The notes under the pieces: model-generated
What the model was told of the DNA's origin: nothing
Database searches by the model: none
Seen by the model: the letters and a program-made list of their open reading frames with translations, nothing else
Source of the DNA: Balanoglossus misakiensis
Lineage: Eukaryota > Animalia > Hemichordata
DNA: 64,000 nucleotides
Assembly (NCBI GenBank): GCA_040954595.2
Contig: CM082587.2
Location: forward strand, 8,125,303-8,189,302
Direction: 5' to 3'
Part shown: positions 12,564 to 36,789 of the stretch, in pieces
Layout: every line of letters begins with the position of its first letter
Numbering within the stretch: position 1 is the first letter of the stretch
Position numbers and translations under genes: made by a program

Positions 12564-15500
12564 ATGTCTGTCTGTCTGTCTGTCTGTCTCTCTGTCTGTC
12601 TGTCTTTCTATCTGATCGTCGGCCTCTCAGCCTTTTCCGCCTGTGTGCGTTTATATACTAGTATTATGCAAACACTTTAAATTTTTTGTTGTCATTGATG
12701 TACGAAAAGTTAGGTAGGGTGATGTAATTACTATACACATCAATCATTCACGATATTTTAATAATAAAATCGTCGAAGTTAAATCTCAGTGATAATATAA
12801 AATTACTGTAGAACTAATTGTTCTATGACCATACCCGTGAGCTTATAATCTATAAAATGTGCCCCAACATCAGACAAGTGAAATTAAATTCCAGTGAAAA
12901 TGGATGCTTTTAAAGTATTTGTATACTTAGAAATGTGGCACAAGAAATAAATCAAATATTTGAAACGGAGGCAACTACATTGTATTGTCCATTCTTTGAA
13001 TTACCTTACTAAAACAATATGCCTGTTTTTCCTTGACATTTATGTCCCCAGAAAATCGATGTCATCAACGAATTATTCAACTTTACTGAGAAACTCTCGG
13101 AGAAAGATGTCTCCCTAGAAGACAGCGTGGCTCTGAGCCAAGGTTAGTAATTTGGAGATACTACTTCAATGTGAGACTGGGAAGATTTGTAATAGGCATA
13201 TAGAAACAATACATGTGATTGTTTACAATCACGCATAGAAGATGTTATACCCATTTTCTAAGAAAACATAAACATAGATCTAGAAGCAGACGTCGAAGTG
13301 TGTCAAGACATTAAATTTACGTAGCTCGTTTCGCTTATCATGTGTTATTATAGCCCTATTAAAAAACCAAACACATTATAGATCAAAATAATGTTTTCCA
13401 CTGATTCTATTTCGTCAAGATTTTCGTTAATTTTTGAAACAGAAATGACAATATTTCCAGAAATGATATCATATGAATGGAGATATCTTGCCTTAGAAAT
13501 ATTCTTTTTATTGATCCAGTCGTTATTATTTATTTCAGATGTCTTCAATGTAATGCAGATTGTGCTTGATGCCAGTGTGCCGATAAATGACACTTTGATA
13601 ACGATCGACGGGGTAGTGGACTTGACTGCGCAAATCGAGCAAATAGCCGATAATCTGGCGATGTTTATGCTCACCAAGGCCGGTGAAAATGACACAATTG
13701 TTGTGGAAACCAATTCGGTAATGTTGCATCTTCGGAGGAGCTCCCTGCAAAACCTCTGCAATACCACTATCATGGTCGGTGACGTCAGCGGCTTTGTTCT
13801 TCCGCCGGCGGAGATTCTGTTTCCAAATTTGCCAATGGACGCGGTAATAAACAGAATGGTGAGATGTGTTAAATCACCCCCCCCCCTTCTCTACCTCTAT
13901 CTCCCCCTGTCCTTCTCCCCCTCATTCCTCCGTGTCTATCTCTCTCGCCTTCCTTCATCTCCCCTTCTTTCTCTCTTCAATCTCTCTCCTGTATGTCGCT
14001 TTCAGATTGATCTCTGCAGAACTATAACAACAAGCGGTTATAATGTGACCTCGATCACATGTGCTATGCATTCTCCTTTCAGGTATTTCGGTTTAGAGGC
14101 AATCCTCGTCGACAGACAAATATCATGGCGCACCGCTTCACAACTGACATATTGGCCATGTGGTACAAAGACGACGCCGGCAAAGAGATCCGAGGTATAC
14201 ACAATGACGTCACTAGTATGTGTATCATGATAGTCTGTGTAGTAGCACACATTGTCTGCGTTGCACTAAGTGAATTCTTATAAATGCGGCACTGTATTCT
14301 TCATTTCAGCACAAAATGTCACTCAAGACATTGGTATATGGCTTGGAAATTATCAAGAGGCACTGAATGAAACGGTTTTGGCAGGAGTCTATATTGAATC
14401 AGAAGGTGTAACTCATTATAGCTGTGCCGTTCAGGTGAGGATTTATACCCAAAAGCTTAGACTAACCCACTAGTCGCTTGGTGATTTTTAAATCTCAATA
14501 GCTTTTGCGTTTTCGGTGTTTTTTTGTCTTAATAAACAATTGCAATATTTTTTGCGTGCATGCTTGCCTTGAGCGTGTTTTTTTGGTAGTGAGGTGAGTT
14601 TCGAATTTGGGACTGAGCTTGTGGTTTCGGGTAGCGTCGACCAAGCGTCTATGGGCCTACGCGTTCCCTGCACATAATGAAACCCATAGACTTGGAGCAA
14701 GTCTACCCAAAGCTGTCCATATAACGTACCTCCAATCCTGCCCACCCGCTAATCTCTTCATAAATACCATTCTGTCACAAGTGAACAAACGAATGGCAAA
14801 AGATATTGACTTTTATAAATAATACGAGAAAAAAAACACCTTAAAATTTATCTTTAGAGTGAATCAGATAGGTCATTAAAATTTTACCAAGACTCGGATC
14901 GCTTGTCGCCAGAAGCAAAAATGCGTATCATGTATCGAGTAGGGCTTGAAGAAAGAAAACTATGAGCTTATAATGTAATCAGTGCATCATTTGAACTTAT
15001 ATTTGGTTCAGATATAAATTGACCGAACTAGCCAGTCATGCAGCCGCCTAACCAATCCTTAAAAGTGGCCTCGCGAAATACAGACTGCTATTTTTCCATT
15101 CAGGCGTTCACCAAGTACCATGCACTCCAGATCAGTTTGGAAGGATCAGCGACTGTCTATGAAAACACGACGGCCTCTGTGTCATCTGAAATGCTTGGCG
15201 ACGCCAGGACTGTAGCTGACGGTGGTTTTCACTTTACAAGAGAGTTACTGTTTGATGGGACTGTTGCAAGTATATTCCTACCCGAAGAAAATGTCACCAA
15301 AACTGGAAATATTTACTTGACGTTCGACCTGGAGTACAGTATGTACCAGTGTGTTATACTCGTATAACTATACATGTTGTAAAACAGAACAAAAGCACGT
15401 CATGAGGGTCGTTGTTGGGTTGAACCACTCGGTAGATTCTACCTTGGGGTAGATGGTAAAAAGAACTGTTCTACTACTACTTTGACAACTGCATTATATT

Positions 15501-17740
15501 CAGCCAAAGAAACGACCAAAGATTCCCAATAGTTTCTTTCCAGTATCCCCAGTTTTCGACGTATTTCCAAAATTATATGGTCCTAGAACACCCGTACATT
15601 TCTCGTTAGGGGTGTCACTACGTGCAAATTTCTAATGGAAAACGTTGTTATTCAAAAATATATTTCATCCGAATATGGCAATAAGCATTTCGTTGTGAAA
15701 TGATACCAGGGCTATTAAATGTAAACAAGCACTAAAATGTACTGCAGAAAGTGCTATCAGGCGTATATGTACACAGTCTGAATATACACTGTATGTCTAT
15801 TGTGCCGTGTGCGTAGGTACCCCGTTCAGAATAAACCGTTTCTTTTAAATTTAAGATGGGTCCCTAGGATCTTTTTGCCCGTTGCTATGGGCCTTTATAG
15901 GACATTACACCCCGATTTGGACTAAGCCGTTTTCAGAGTCTAACAAGGGGCTGGTAACTAGTTAAAAATACGCACGATTGTGAGCGCGCGCCCCCTGACG
16001 CCATTGATATGCAAATTAGTTAGGTCAAATTTCAAAAGCCTAAGGCTTTTTATTCCGTGACCTCAAAAACGAACTTGATACGTATTCATTAGTTGCTTGA
16101 ACCAGGGAAGATCGTGACGGATTTTGTTTTCGAATATTATCGTTGTATCCTACGATTTCAGCATACCCGTACCACACCTGAAAAAGTCATCGATTTTGGG
16201 TGTTTTTGGACGCACTCTTCCACTGGTATCGCTTCTTAGCACGACGAAAACCGAAAAAACGATCCGTCACACTATGCGGAAGTGCGTTCTCAACAAGCAG
16301 GTCAAATTTGGCTGGCCTACGTCGCCTGTGAAAAAAGCCTTAGGGATTTTCGTGAACGGTACAAAATCTCTGTGTACAAAACATTGGATTTTTAGCGTTC
16401 GATCCAGTTACTGTGGTTACAGGACGCGCACGCTATCGCTGACCGCTGCTTTGCCGTATTAGCGTGGCGGCCTATGGCCGGGCGGTAGCTGCCGTAAACA
16501 TACTCGGACAGGGGGTGTGCACACAATCGTGTGTATTTTTAACTAGTTACAAGCCCCTTGTCGGACGTTCATAACGGTTTCGATCAAAATTGAGTGTAGT
16601 GTCCTATAAAGGCCCATAGCAACGAGCAAAAAGATCCTAGGGACCCATCTTAAACGTTGTTTCTTAAACACTATAAATGGCACATCCCGGTGTTCCACTC
16701 CTATATGACTGTGTACTAAACCTGTAGTTCATATATTCTTATATTTTGCAAAGTTAATGGCGAAATCTAAAACTATAAATATCTGCATATTACGTCATCG
16801 ACGACTTCGTTCGCACATTACACAGAAGTAACGTGATTCATACACCTCTTATTAATTAACAGATCATGGGGTTATTTTCAAAGTGGCGACGACTCAACAC
16901 AGGTGCAGTTATTCAGTCACACACGCAGACTCATGGGAGAGCGACGGGTGTAAGGTAAGCCGTCTCAAAAGCGATGTTTAAGGTAAAATTTAAAGGTGGG
17001 ATGTGAGGGCCGACATGTTTAAGGTAGTATGCGCCTCGTAAATTAAAGTATTAAACTTCTTCTTTTGCTAGAGGCAACTTGAGAGCATTCTCTTGTAAAT
17101 TATACAAAAATAAAAATGAGGGTTCACCGTGCAACATTTGGAAAGAAAGATCGAACTTGTGTCAAATAATCACATATTTGAAATTCAAAATGGCCACCAA
17201 TCTCTGTGTTTTGTCTATGAATAAAATTTGAAGAAGCGTTTTTCGTGTGGACAAGACGGTGAACGCAATGTTTTACCGGTATGCAAGATTCAAATTCATG
17301 TTGATTGTTACGGAAGACAACACCCACTTTTGATAATTCTCTCAACTTCCTCCGAAGGGAAACGCGCTGTTGATTGTTGCCGCTGATTTTTGTAACGATG
17401 TTTCACGTGATAGGTAGGCCCTATTCATACAAGACACAAACGAACCAAGTTTTGACCAAAATCGATAAATGTTGGTATTGAATAGACCAATTAACATGTT
17501 GAGGAATGTAAATATGATTGACTGTCCATTGACGTAATAAATAGTATGTCGTTGTGGGTGGGTGAGGGGGGGGGGTCGTTGACACAGAGAAGTCCCCATC
17601 GACAAAATTATCGCTCTTGACAACAACGTGATTTTGACATTATTTCTTTGCAGGTATCCCCCAAATCCAACATGAGCTCCACTCTGTGTCTGTGCAACCA
17701 TCTTACCACATTCACAGCCATGGTATACGGGCTCTTCTAG
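8910..17740 (+). CDS. Polycystin-1-like (PKD1L/REJ-type) secreted protein: signal peptide, 2 C-type lectin-like domains and GAIN/GPS domain, no transmembrane region (~634-641 aa)
   Basis: Exons: 8910-8991, 10338-10620, 11014-11075, 11542-11812, 12028-12092, 12259-12338, 13052-13142, 13539-13858, 14083-14194 (or -14215), 14310-14434, 15104-15338, 16863-16954, 17654-17740. All GT-AG, one open frame. CTL motifs FWID/SWID, WKDRDC...LCE and WQTTTC...ICE. PKD1-GAIN motifs SGFVLPP, FRGNP and GKEIRAQNVTQDIGIWL. GPS is RCSYSVTHADSWESDGCKVSPKSNMSSTLCLCNHL|TTFTAMVYGLF*. Confidence 0.85.
10009..10319. mobile_element. Second copy of the 3451-3787 Kolobok-like MITE (right TIR partly deleted)
   Basis: TGAA|AGGGACTAAGTCTCTCTCTCGCTGCC ... 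GTGTCTTGTATTGTCCCT|TTAA. Ends ~18 nt before the first CTL exon at 10338. Confidence 0.8.
10917..11012. repeat. (ATTT)n microsatellite running directly into the 3' splice site of exon 11014
   Basis: Direct reading; ends ...TTTATAG|AAAAGGCGCATGG. Confidence 0.95.
12533..12604. repeat. (TGTC)n microsatellite, intronic
   Basis: Direct reading. Confidence 0.9.
15855..16649. mobile_element. Non-autonomous DNA transposon, ~795 bp, ~130-bp TIRs, TTAA TSD (Kolobok-like)
   Basis: TTAA|GATGGGTCCCTAGGATCTTTTTGCCCGTTGCTATGGGCCTTTATAGGACA ... TGTCCTATAAAGGCCCATAGCAACGAGCAAAAAGATCCTAGGGACCCATC|TTAA. Located in intron 11 of the GAIN gene. Confidence 0.88.
17019..17340. repeat. Fragment of an interspersed repeat (TTAAGGTAGTATGCGCCTCG ... 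ATTCAAAATGGCC)
   Basis: TTAA-GG start. The core ATTCAAAATGGCC(A/G)CCAATCTCTG recurs at ~42757-42782, with a weaker match near 53420. Confidence 0.45.
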
Positions 17741-18679
17741 TGTAGTCTCCAATAGATGACTACAACGATGTTAATTTGATTTGCAAATTTGACAAAAAAG
17801 GCTAACAGGAAACTTAATTGTTAGCTGGTTAACCAATATCATCTACACCACTTTCTTTTTTTATCTTTTATTTAAAAAAACTCTCAGTGTTACATCAACA
17901 AATCAAAAAAAAGAAACCAACCGAAAACTCACATCATAGATATAATAGCTTCAAAAATTCTTACACTTTCTGGATTATTGCATATTTCCTTGTATACCTT
18001 GTACCTCAATATAAACTCGTATTTTACCAGCACCATTAAAGGCGCTCTGGTTTCACTTAGCCAGTATTTATGTCACTAAACTCAATAAATTTACAATATT
18101 TTCTTCAGATTTCGAAAGCATATCACTTCTAATGCAATTGAAAATTATATGAGCGCTCTACACAACTTTCTTTGCCTGTGTACGTTTATGTACATTCAGC
18201 AATTTTAAGACGCTAGGCTTCTGTTTTGTAGAAAAAAAGAAAAAAACAGGAACCATGACAACACCGCAAAAATCTTCTAATATTATTGCGATGTATGCTT
18301 CATTTGTATTTTTTCTGTTCCACAAGTTCTTGACGCAAACTATGTCATGTGGTTTGGACTCAGCCAGTCAAAAGTACGGAATAAAGCGTGAGGTGTAATA
18401 AATTGTTATAAACGGGCGTTGCGGGCGATCGTGGTTCATCAACCATAACTACAGAAATAGCTTTATCAAATATGAATGAAATCTTATAATTAATTGCCTA
18501 TATTAATGATATTTACCTTGTTATCTCCGCGGCTTATAGCTATAGTCCTGTCCGTCAAACACAATATAATACTCAGAGCTCACTAGCCTGTGACAAATTG
18601 TTCCTATGTCGATATGAATAATAAACCCTCAGTCATAATATTAGGACATAGTATATACAGTCATTAAAAGCGATAGTTT

Positions 18680-18788
18680 GTATGTATGTATGTATGTATG
18701 TATGTATGTATGTATGTATGTATGTATGTATGTATGTATGTATGTATGTATGTATGTATGTATGTATGTATGTATGTATGTATGTATG
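18680..18788. repeat. (TATG)n microsatellite
   Basis: Direct reading. Confidence 0.95.
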
Positions 18789-18921
18789 TTTCTATGTGTG
18801 TGTCTATGTGTGTGGGGGTTGGGGTTGAGATTGAGTGCGTGCATGCGTGTCTGTCTGCCTATTTCTATGTTTATTTTTCTGTCTGTCTGCCTGTCTGTTT
18901 CTGGTTGAAGCGGTATATTTA

Positions 18922-19233
18922 AGCAATAAAACACCCCCAGCCATGGTATAACACGAGATTTTGACCACTTCAAGACATATACGCACGAGCGATAGCGAGT
19001 GCGTATATGGAGTTGAACTGGTCAAAATCGAGTGGTATATCATGGCTGGGGGTGTTTTATTGCTATTATATTATGCCAGTATATTGAAACTTTGCATAAA
19101 ACATGTTAAAAAGGCATTTTCTTTGACTATGATATATGACTGTGGTATATGGCTTATATATCACCGTCACGTGTCGTGTCTCGACCAATAAAATAGCGTG
19201 TTTTACACCATCAATATACTGGTATAATATAAT
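18922..19233. mobile_element. Non-coding element with a ~143-bp internal palindrome (possible non-autonomous Crypton-like element)
   Basis: AGCAATAAAACACCCCCAGCCATGGTATA...ATATACGCAC-GAGCGATAGCGA-GTGCGTATAT...TATATCATGGCTGGGGGTGTTTTATTGCT (18922-19064). Abuts the 3' breakpoint of the synthetase duplication. The family assignment is inference. Confidence 0.55.
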
Positions 19234-22152
19234 AATCATTATTAAACGTGATGCCAAAGGATCGGGCAGGTGATCAATTACTTTCTATGCATTCAGGTTA
19301 AGAATGCTTTTCGCTTGTATCGCTACTTCCTTGCGCTTAATTTTGCCTGTTCTGGTCAGCGGAAATTTCTCAAAAAACAGCACATATTTAGGGTGCCGAA
19401 AAAAATCAAAATGTCTTGCTTTAAAGTATGTCAAAAATTCACTCTCTGTAGCCAATTGATGTTTGTGAAGAACAACGCAGACGCAAAGGTCTTCAAGAAA
19501 GTGTTCATCTGGGACACCAACCACTTGAACTTGTTTGATCTTTGGGTGCTGATAAAATATCTGCTCCAATTCAGCTGGATATATGTTCACCCCTCCTTTG
19601 AGAATCATGTCATCTTTTCGACCTAGAACCGTCAACATACCACTTTCATTCAGCTGCCCTACATCACCCGTAAGGAACCATCCATCTTCAGTTTTCACTC
19701 TCTTTGTTATATCTTCGTCACCCAAGTATCTTTTGAAATGAAACGGGCTTCGGAAGCATATTTCACCAGAGGTGTTGATCGGCGTTATTTGACCAGTTGT
19801 CAAGTCAGTTATCTTGACTTCGCCATACGGTGCACACGAACCTGACGTCAATACTCTGTCTTCCAGGGGTACGGTGGATTTGGGGAGGGCAATTGCCCCA
19901 CACTCGGTGCTAGAGTAAGTGTGTTGAATATCACAGGAGAGTTTCTCAGATGCCGTTTTCATGATAGATGCAGCAACACAGCTACCCGTGGACTTCACAT
20001 ACTTTAAGCTTCTGATATTGAATTTCTCAATATCAGAGTAATCACGAATACATGTCAGGTCATTAGGCAACAGCAATAGTGTGTTGCCCTTTTCAGCTTC
20101 GATGGCACGCAATGAGCCTTCCAAGCTGTCTGTATCTCGAAAGACGATTGTTGCACCAAGGGTCAACATTATCCCTTCAATAAAAGTATGTAGACCAGAG
20201 CAGAACTTTTCAGTGTGTGGAATTACCAATCTCTCCGAGTTTCTGTCTGCAACTTTGTAACCATACATATAGTCCATAGTTATTGCCATTCCTTGGGGAC
20301 GGTTATGTGGTATGCCAACTGCTTTTGGAAATCCTGTACTTCCAGATGTGAATACAACCATCGCAATGGAGTCGAGATCTGTAGCAGTCTTTGCGTTTTG
20401 CAGGAGTTCTTTTGCTGCGTCGTTATCTCCAAGTTTTCTTACGTCACAGAGCTGCGTAATGGATGAATGTTCCAACGGTGTCATTGAGATGACGTGCCGT
20501 AAAGTAGGAAACTCTTCCAGAGTGTTTCCTTCCCATATTCCAGTTTTGAGGTTCGGGATAACATCAACCAAAGCCTGCAGTTGGTCAGTGTGAGTTAATC
20601 CAATGACAAGGGCTTGACACTCCACCTTCTTCAACAAGTGACGCACATGCGCTGTAGGTGTGAATGCTGGAATCCGCACAGATACACACCCAGCTGTAAT
20701 TATGGCAAGATCAGTAACCAACCATTGATAATTTTCGTGATCTTGGGCCCAGATAGCGACGTTATCTCTTGGTTTCAGTCCGAACTTCAGTAGACCAGCA
20801 GCAAGCACGTTGACATCTCTGTGAAGTTCAGCAAACGTCTTCCTGGTACCGTCTTCTAAAAAGACCAAGGCTTCTCTGTCAGGGAACAGTTCTGCAGCAT
20901 CGTCGAGCAGATCAGCAACTGTTTTCCCTTGAAGAGGTGTATCCCAAGGTTGGTGGAAGTAACTTCTTGTCAATTTGCTCTGTGCCATATTGATGTTCCT
21001 CTGTTTCTGTTTAAATAAGAGAAGATAAAACACTTGATGCAAATGTCTATTTGTCGACACGCATTAATGTATTCCATATATGCATCCATTGACTATAAAT
21101 AATTACAACATTTAATTTATTCCATGACTCGACAGGGCAGTTAATTATCTGACAAATTTTTCTTCTAATTTAGTCCACTGGTCTAATGTAACACACCTCT
21201 CTGGGATTTGAGAGAAAACAGGTCACAATTGTGAGTCACCTAATGAGGTCATTCGTGAAATTTCTTGTGTCTTAGAGTTGCTATATTGTCACTTTTCAGA
21301 TCTTATGGTGTCAGAGGCATTTGGTTTAAAGAGCTGTAATTTATTTCTTTATCATGAAACAATGTTAGGTCAAATCAGATACATGTACTTTGTCATGGAA
21401 TACCCACATGTACAGTGTATGTATAATTGTGACTGCAATCATTTGTGATACAGCATATGTTGAGTTGATAAAACAGACCATAACCATACCAAAAGATTAA
21501 AACAATAAGCAAGACAATGTGTTTTTTCAAATGGTTAAGAAATAAGGATTAACACTGTCAAACATTATAAACTTTGCATCTCCCAATTAGTGTCTCTCTC
21601 AGACTGTCGCCCACATTACTCATTGTGAACACGCATCATTGAACATGACCTTGTGATTTACTTATCAATTGTCGAATGGAGAAGACCATTGTACGCATTG
21701 ACTATACCAACATGGTCTTGGCCCCCAAAAATTTCACTCATTGAGTGCATGAACGACAAATTACTTCTCCATTTCAAAAATTATTGCCGAAAATAGCTAA
21801 CTTATCTGAATGCCTGACTCTGAAATCAGACGGAACACTATACAAACAAGCTTAAGTGTGTTTCAGGGACAATCAAGGTTGTCCTTATTAACATAATAGT
21901 ACATTGAACTTGTCGTTTTCGCAAAATCATGTTTGTTTGCGCAAATTTGCTGTTAATTTATGATGAAGTGAATAGGTACTTACCACTTTGTTCCAGTATT
22001 CCTGTACTGCAGACGGTGAATAGAGTTGTCGTTGCTGAAGTAGCAACCAAGGTGTGTGGATGAGGAATTAAGCGTGGGACAACTCCAAAGTCACACCACA
22101 CCCAATGCATGTACATGTACTTTTGGTTCTGTGGGTATATTTGCGCATGCCC
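19234..22152 (-). repeat. Left arm of an inverted segmental duplication (partner 45764-48338)
   Basis: Reverse-complement identity covers the CDS, ~50 bp of 3' flank, 21060-21270, 21638-21765 and 21960-22152. Copy A carries ~365 extra bp (21272-21637). Confidence 0.88.
19285..20988 (-). CDS. Acyl-CoA synthetase / AMP-binding (ANL) enzyme, ACSF2-like, copy A (567 aa, single coding exon)
   Basis: ATG at 20988 (MAQSKLTRSYFHQ), preceded by the acceptor TTTAAACAG. Motifs: A3 FTSGSTGFPK, A5 YSSTE, A6 GEICFR, A7 GWFLTGD, A8 GRKDDMILKGGVNIYPAELE, A10 PLTRTGKI. Confidence 0.92.
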   Translation of the reverse strand: MAQSKLTRSYFHQPWDTPLQGKTVADLLDDAAELFPDREALVFLEDGTRKTFAELHRDVNVLAAGLLKFGLKPRDNVAIWAQDHENYQWLVTDLAIITAGCVSVRIPAFTPTAHVRHLLKKVECQALVIGLTHTDQLQALVDVIPNLKTGIWEGNTLEEFPTLRHVISMTPLEHSSITQLCDVRKLGDNDAAKELLQNAKTATDLDSIAMVVFTSGSTGFPKAVGIPHNRPQGMAITMDYMYGYKVADRNSERLVIPHTEKFCSGLHTFIEGIMLTLGATIVFRDTDSLEGSLRAIEAEKGNTLLLLPNDLTCIRDYSDIEKFNIRSLKYVKSTGSCVAASIMKTASEKLSCDIQHTYSSTECGAIALPKSTVPLEDRVLTSGSCAPYGEVKITDLTTGQITPINTSGEICFRSPFHFKRYLGDEDITKRVKTEDGWFLTGDVGQLNESGMLTVLGRKDDMILKGGVNIYPAELEQIFYQHPKIKQVQVVGVPDEHFLEDLCVCVVLHKHQLATESEFLTYFKARHFDFFRHPKYVLFFEKFPLTRTGKIKRKEVAIQAKSILNLNA

Positions 22153-22915
22153 AATACAAATACATTTGCATTTGCGTGGGTTTTTCAACTGACGTCAAAG
22201 GTCACATGGAAATTGAAAGAGGATCTTTCACGGTATACGGGCAACATGAAAAGGCTGTATTAGGACACAAGGTGACAAATATGTATGTTTTTTCAGTGTT
22301 ATAAAGCCAGCGTTTGGACTGGTCAATTCAGGGGAGAAACCCGTGAAGTTTATACTCAGGGGGCTTTTTGACGTTTTGTCAAAAAAAAATCCGTTTTTGT
22401 AAAAGAAAATTAAATATGCACATTTCTACGTCAGATGACACCGATTGTTTTAGCATATGATATGCAAATAGCTGTGAGTCGAAAAAACACCGCTGGATTC
22501 ATGTACCTGTCGTGCTCAGCCAAACTGTTGAGGGCGTATCAGTGTATGACGTTTGTAGAGCTCCGCATGGGCCGTGAGTGAGTGAGTAGAAGACGGCCCT
22601 AGCGTCACATCGTAAATTATTAATAATAAAACTGACGATATGTGACGTGGATAAACAAGGCCGTTATGACAGCACAATGGAAAATGACCTCGAAAATCGC
22701 ACACGCCTACTCTTTAGCAGGACAGGCAAGAAATGACCTTGTGATTGTCACATTTGTAAATATTAGTACTTCAGCACCTGAGCCTTGTCGATTTTCACTA
22801 GTATAGAAATGTATGTATTTTACTCGTTCTATTATTCGACATTCGCGTTTTAAACAAAACGAGACCAGAGTTCGAGAGACACGTTTGCTGTAGAAGGACG
22901 TTGCCACCTGTAACC

Positions 22916-35188
<12,273 letters not shown>

Positions 35189-35192
35189 AGCA

Positions 35193-35474
35193 CGTAGCTC
35201 GTCTCACACGCATGTTCCAAATGTAGCCGCTGGTTACAGACGTTTAGTGAACAGTCAATCCCATAAGGCAGTGCTCACACAAGATGGCGGCGTTCATAAT
35301 CTGTGTCGGAGATCGGGAAAAGACACTAGCTTGGGTGAAAAGGAGGGACAAAACCAGAATCTACTTATACGTTGCGCATGAAATATGGAAGGAAGCGAAG
35401 GCAGTCCACTATTTGAATGCACCCAACGGAAAATTTGCTGGGAAGTTACGCGCATGTGCGTGAGACGAGCTACG
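35193..35474. mobile_element. MITE-like inverted repeat just after the SLC22 stop codon
   Basis: CGTAGCTCGTCTCACACGCATG ... CATGTGCGTGAGACGAGCTACG. Confidence 0.7.
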
Positions 35475-36789
35475 CAGTGCATGGTTATCACATTCCATTG
35501 CTTAACATGTACTATGTTGAGAAAAGTGTAACAATATTGTCATTTTCTTGAAATTTTCACAAGAAAGTGCTAAAATTGGAGCATTATTTTATATTGATAT
35601 ACAGAAAACACAATGTCACCGCGCTTGATTTTTTGATAGAGATGTTCAGATATTTTCACCATAGTAACATTTTCAGCGCGAGAAAAGTGCTGACTCAGCA
35701 TTTCCCACACTATTTAAGACACGCTTACTGAAAAAAGTAGCATGGGAACACCCTATTTTCTCTATATATTTGTTTTAAAACATTCATTGATATATAATGT
35801 ATATAAATCAGGAAAAGGACAATATTCTAACTGTTGAGTTGTCATCTGGCATTTATACCATCTGTACCAGTACATTGGGTCACCGATCAGTTGTTCCACC
35901 AATCTATTTTGCTATTATTGACCTCTTCACAGGAAGGCCGCTCAAAAAGTCAGCACGTTAGTGTAATTGCAGTCACTGAAAAGCGACAGCTCGTGGACTT
36001 TGGTCTGGGTATACGAGAAGTATATACAAGCAGTGTACTCTTTTGAGGTCAATAACGTTGGAAACTCGCTTCCAGTGAATACTACATGTGTTTGTACACA
36101 GTAAAAACCTAAGGCTAACAGTTTTATTGAATAATTTTTTTCATTAAGAGAATTGTTACTGGATATTTTGGACATGAATAAAATATCAATGCTGCCATCA
36201 GTAAAAATAATATTTATTTATTTATCTATTTATTCTTTCAATCATTTATTCACTAATCCATCCATTCAATCATTCATTCATTCATTAATGCGATCGCTGC
36301 TTGGACAAGTGTGGTGATTAATTATATTGACCAATTCTAATTCTTCCGTGATGTCCGTTGACAGTGTGTAGGAATTTCTATATATCCAGACATTCCTCCA
36401 CCGAGGTTCAACTCGGATATTTTGTAGATGCACTCTATTCCATTAACGTAAAATGAAACATGATTTTTCGACACTTTGTGCCAGCTGACTCCGCTGTAAA
36501 TTTTCAAAATAAGATTTAAACACATGCTACGTGTGAATGTAAAAATAGGACACGTTATTTACATTTCCTTCTTTGATAACCCATAAATAACATTTGGGGG
36601 TGGGGCTGTCAACAGTTAACCCAGTAACCGCAACTTGCGACAAATATTTGCACCAGCGACTACATTGTGTGTTTGTGCAAACGCACGACAAATCCGTCAG
36701 CATGAGGGTTTATTTCCGTTCCTGTTGAATTCTGAGAGTGGGATACGCTGATTGCGCAGTTATCTGTTGTCTTTATTGTCACTTGGACT

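Noticed and set aside
19270-20593. Plus-strand ORFs conserved with minus-strand ORFs at 46718-48301
   Set aside because: Antisense shadows of the duplicated synthetase CDSs; the conservation is explained by the duplication.
19285-20988. Synthetases as luciferases, NRPS A-domains or horizontally acquired bacterial genes
   Set aside because: Only general ANL motifs are visible. The N-terminus is ACSF2-like, a spliced 5' UTR is likely, and no carrier domain is present. Not supportable without phylogeny.
20989-21060. N-terminal extensions of the 591-aa and 597-aa synthetase ORFs
   Set aside because: They run through a pyrimidine tract and AG acceptor and differ by an indel between copies. MAQSKL is the likely start.
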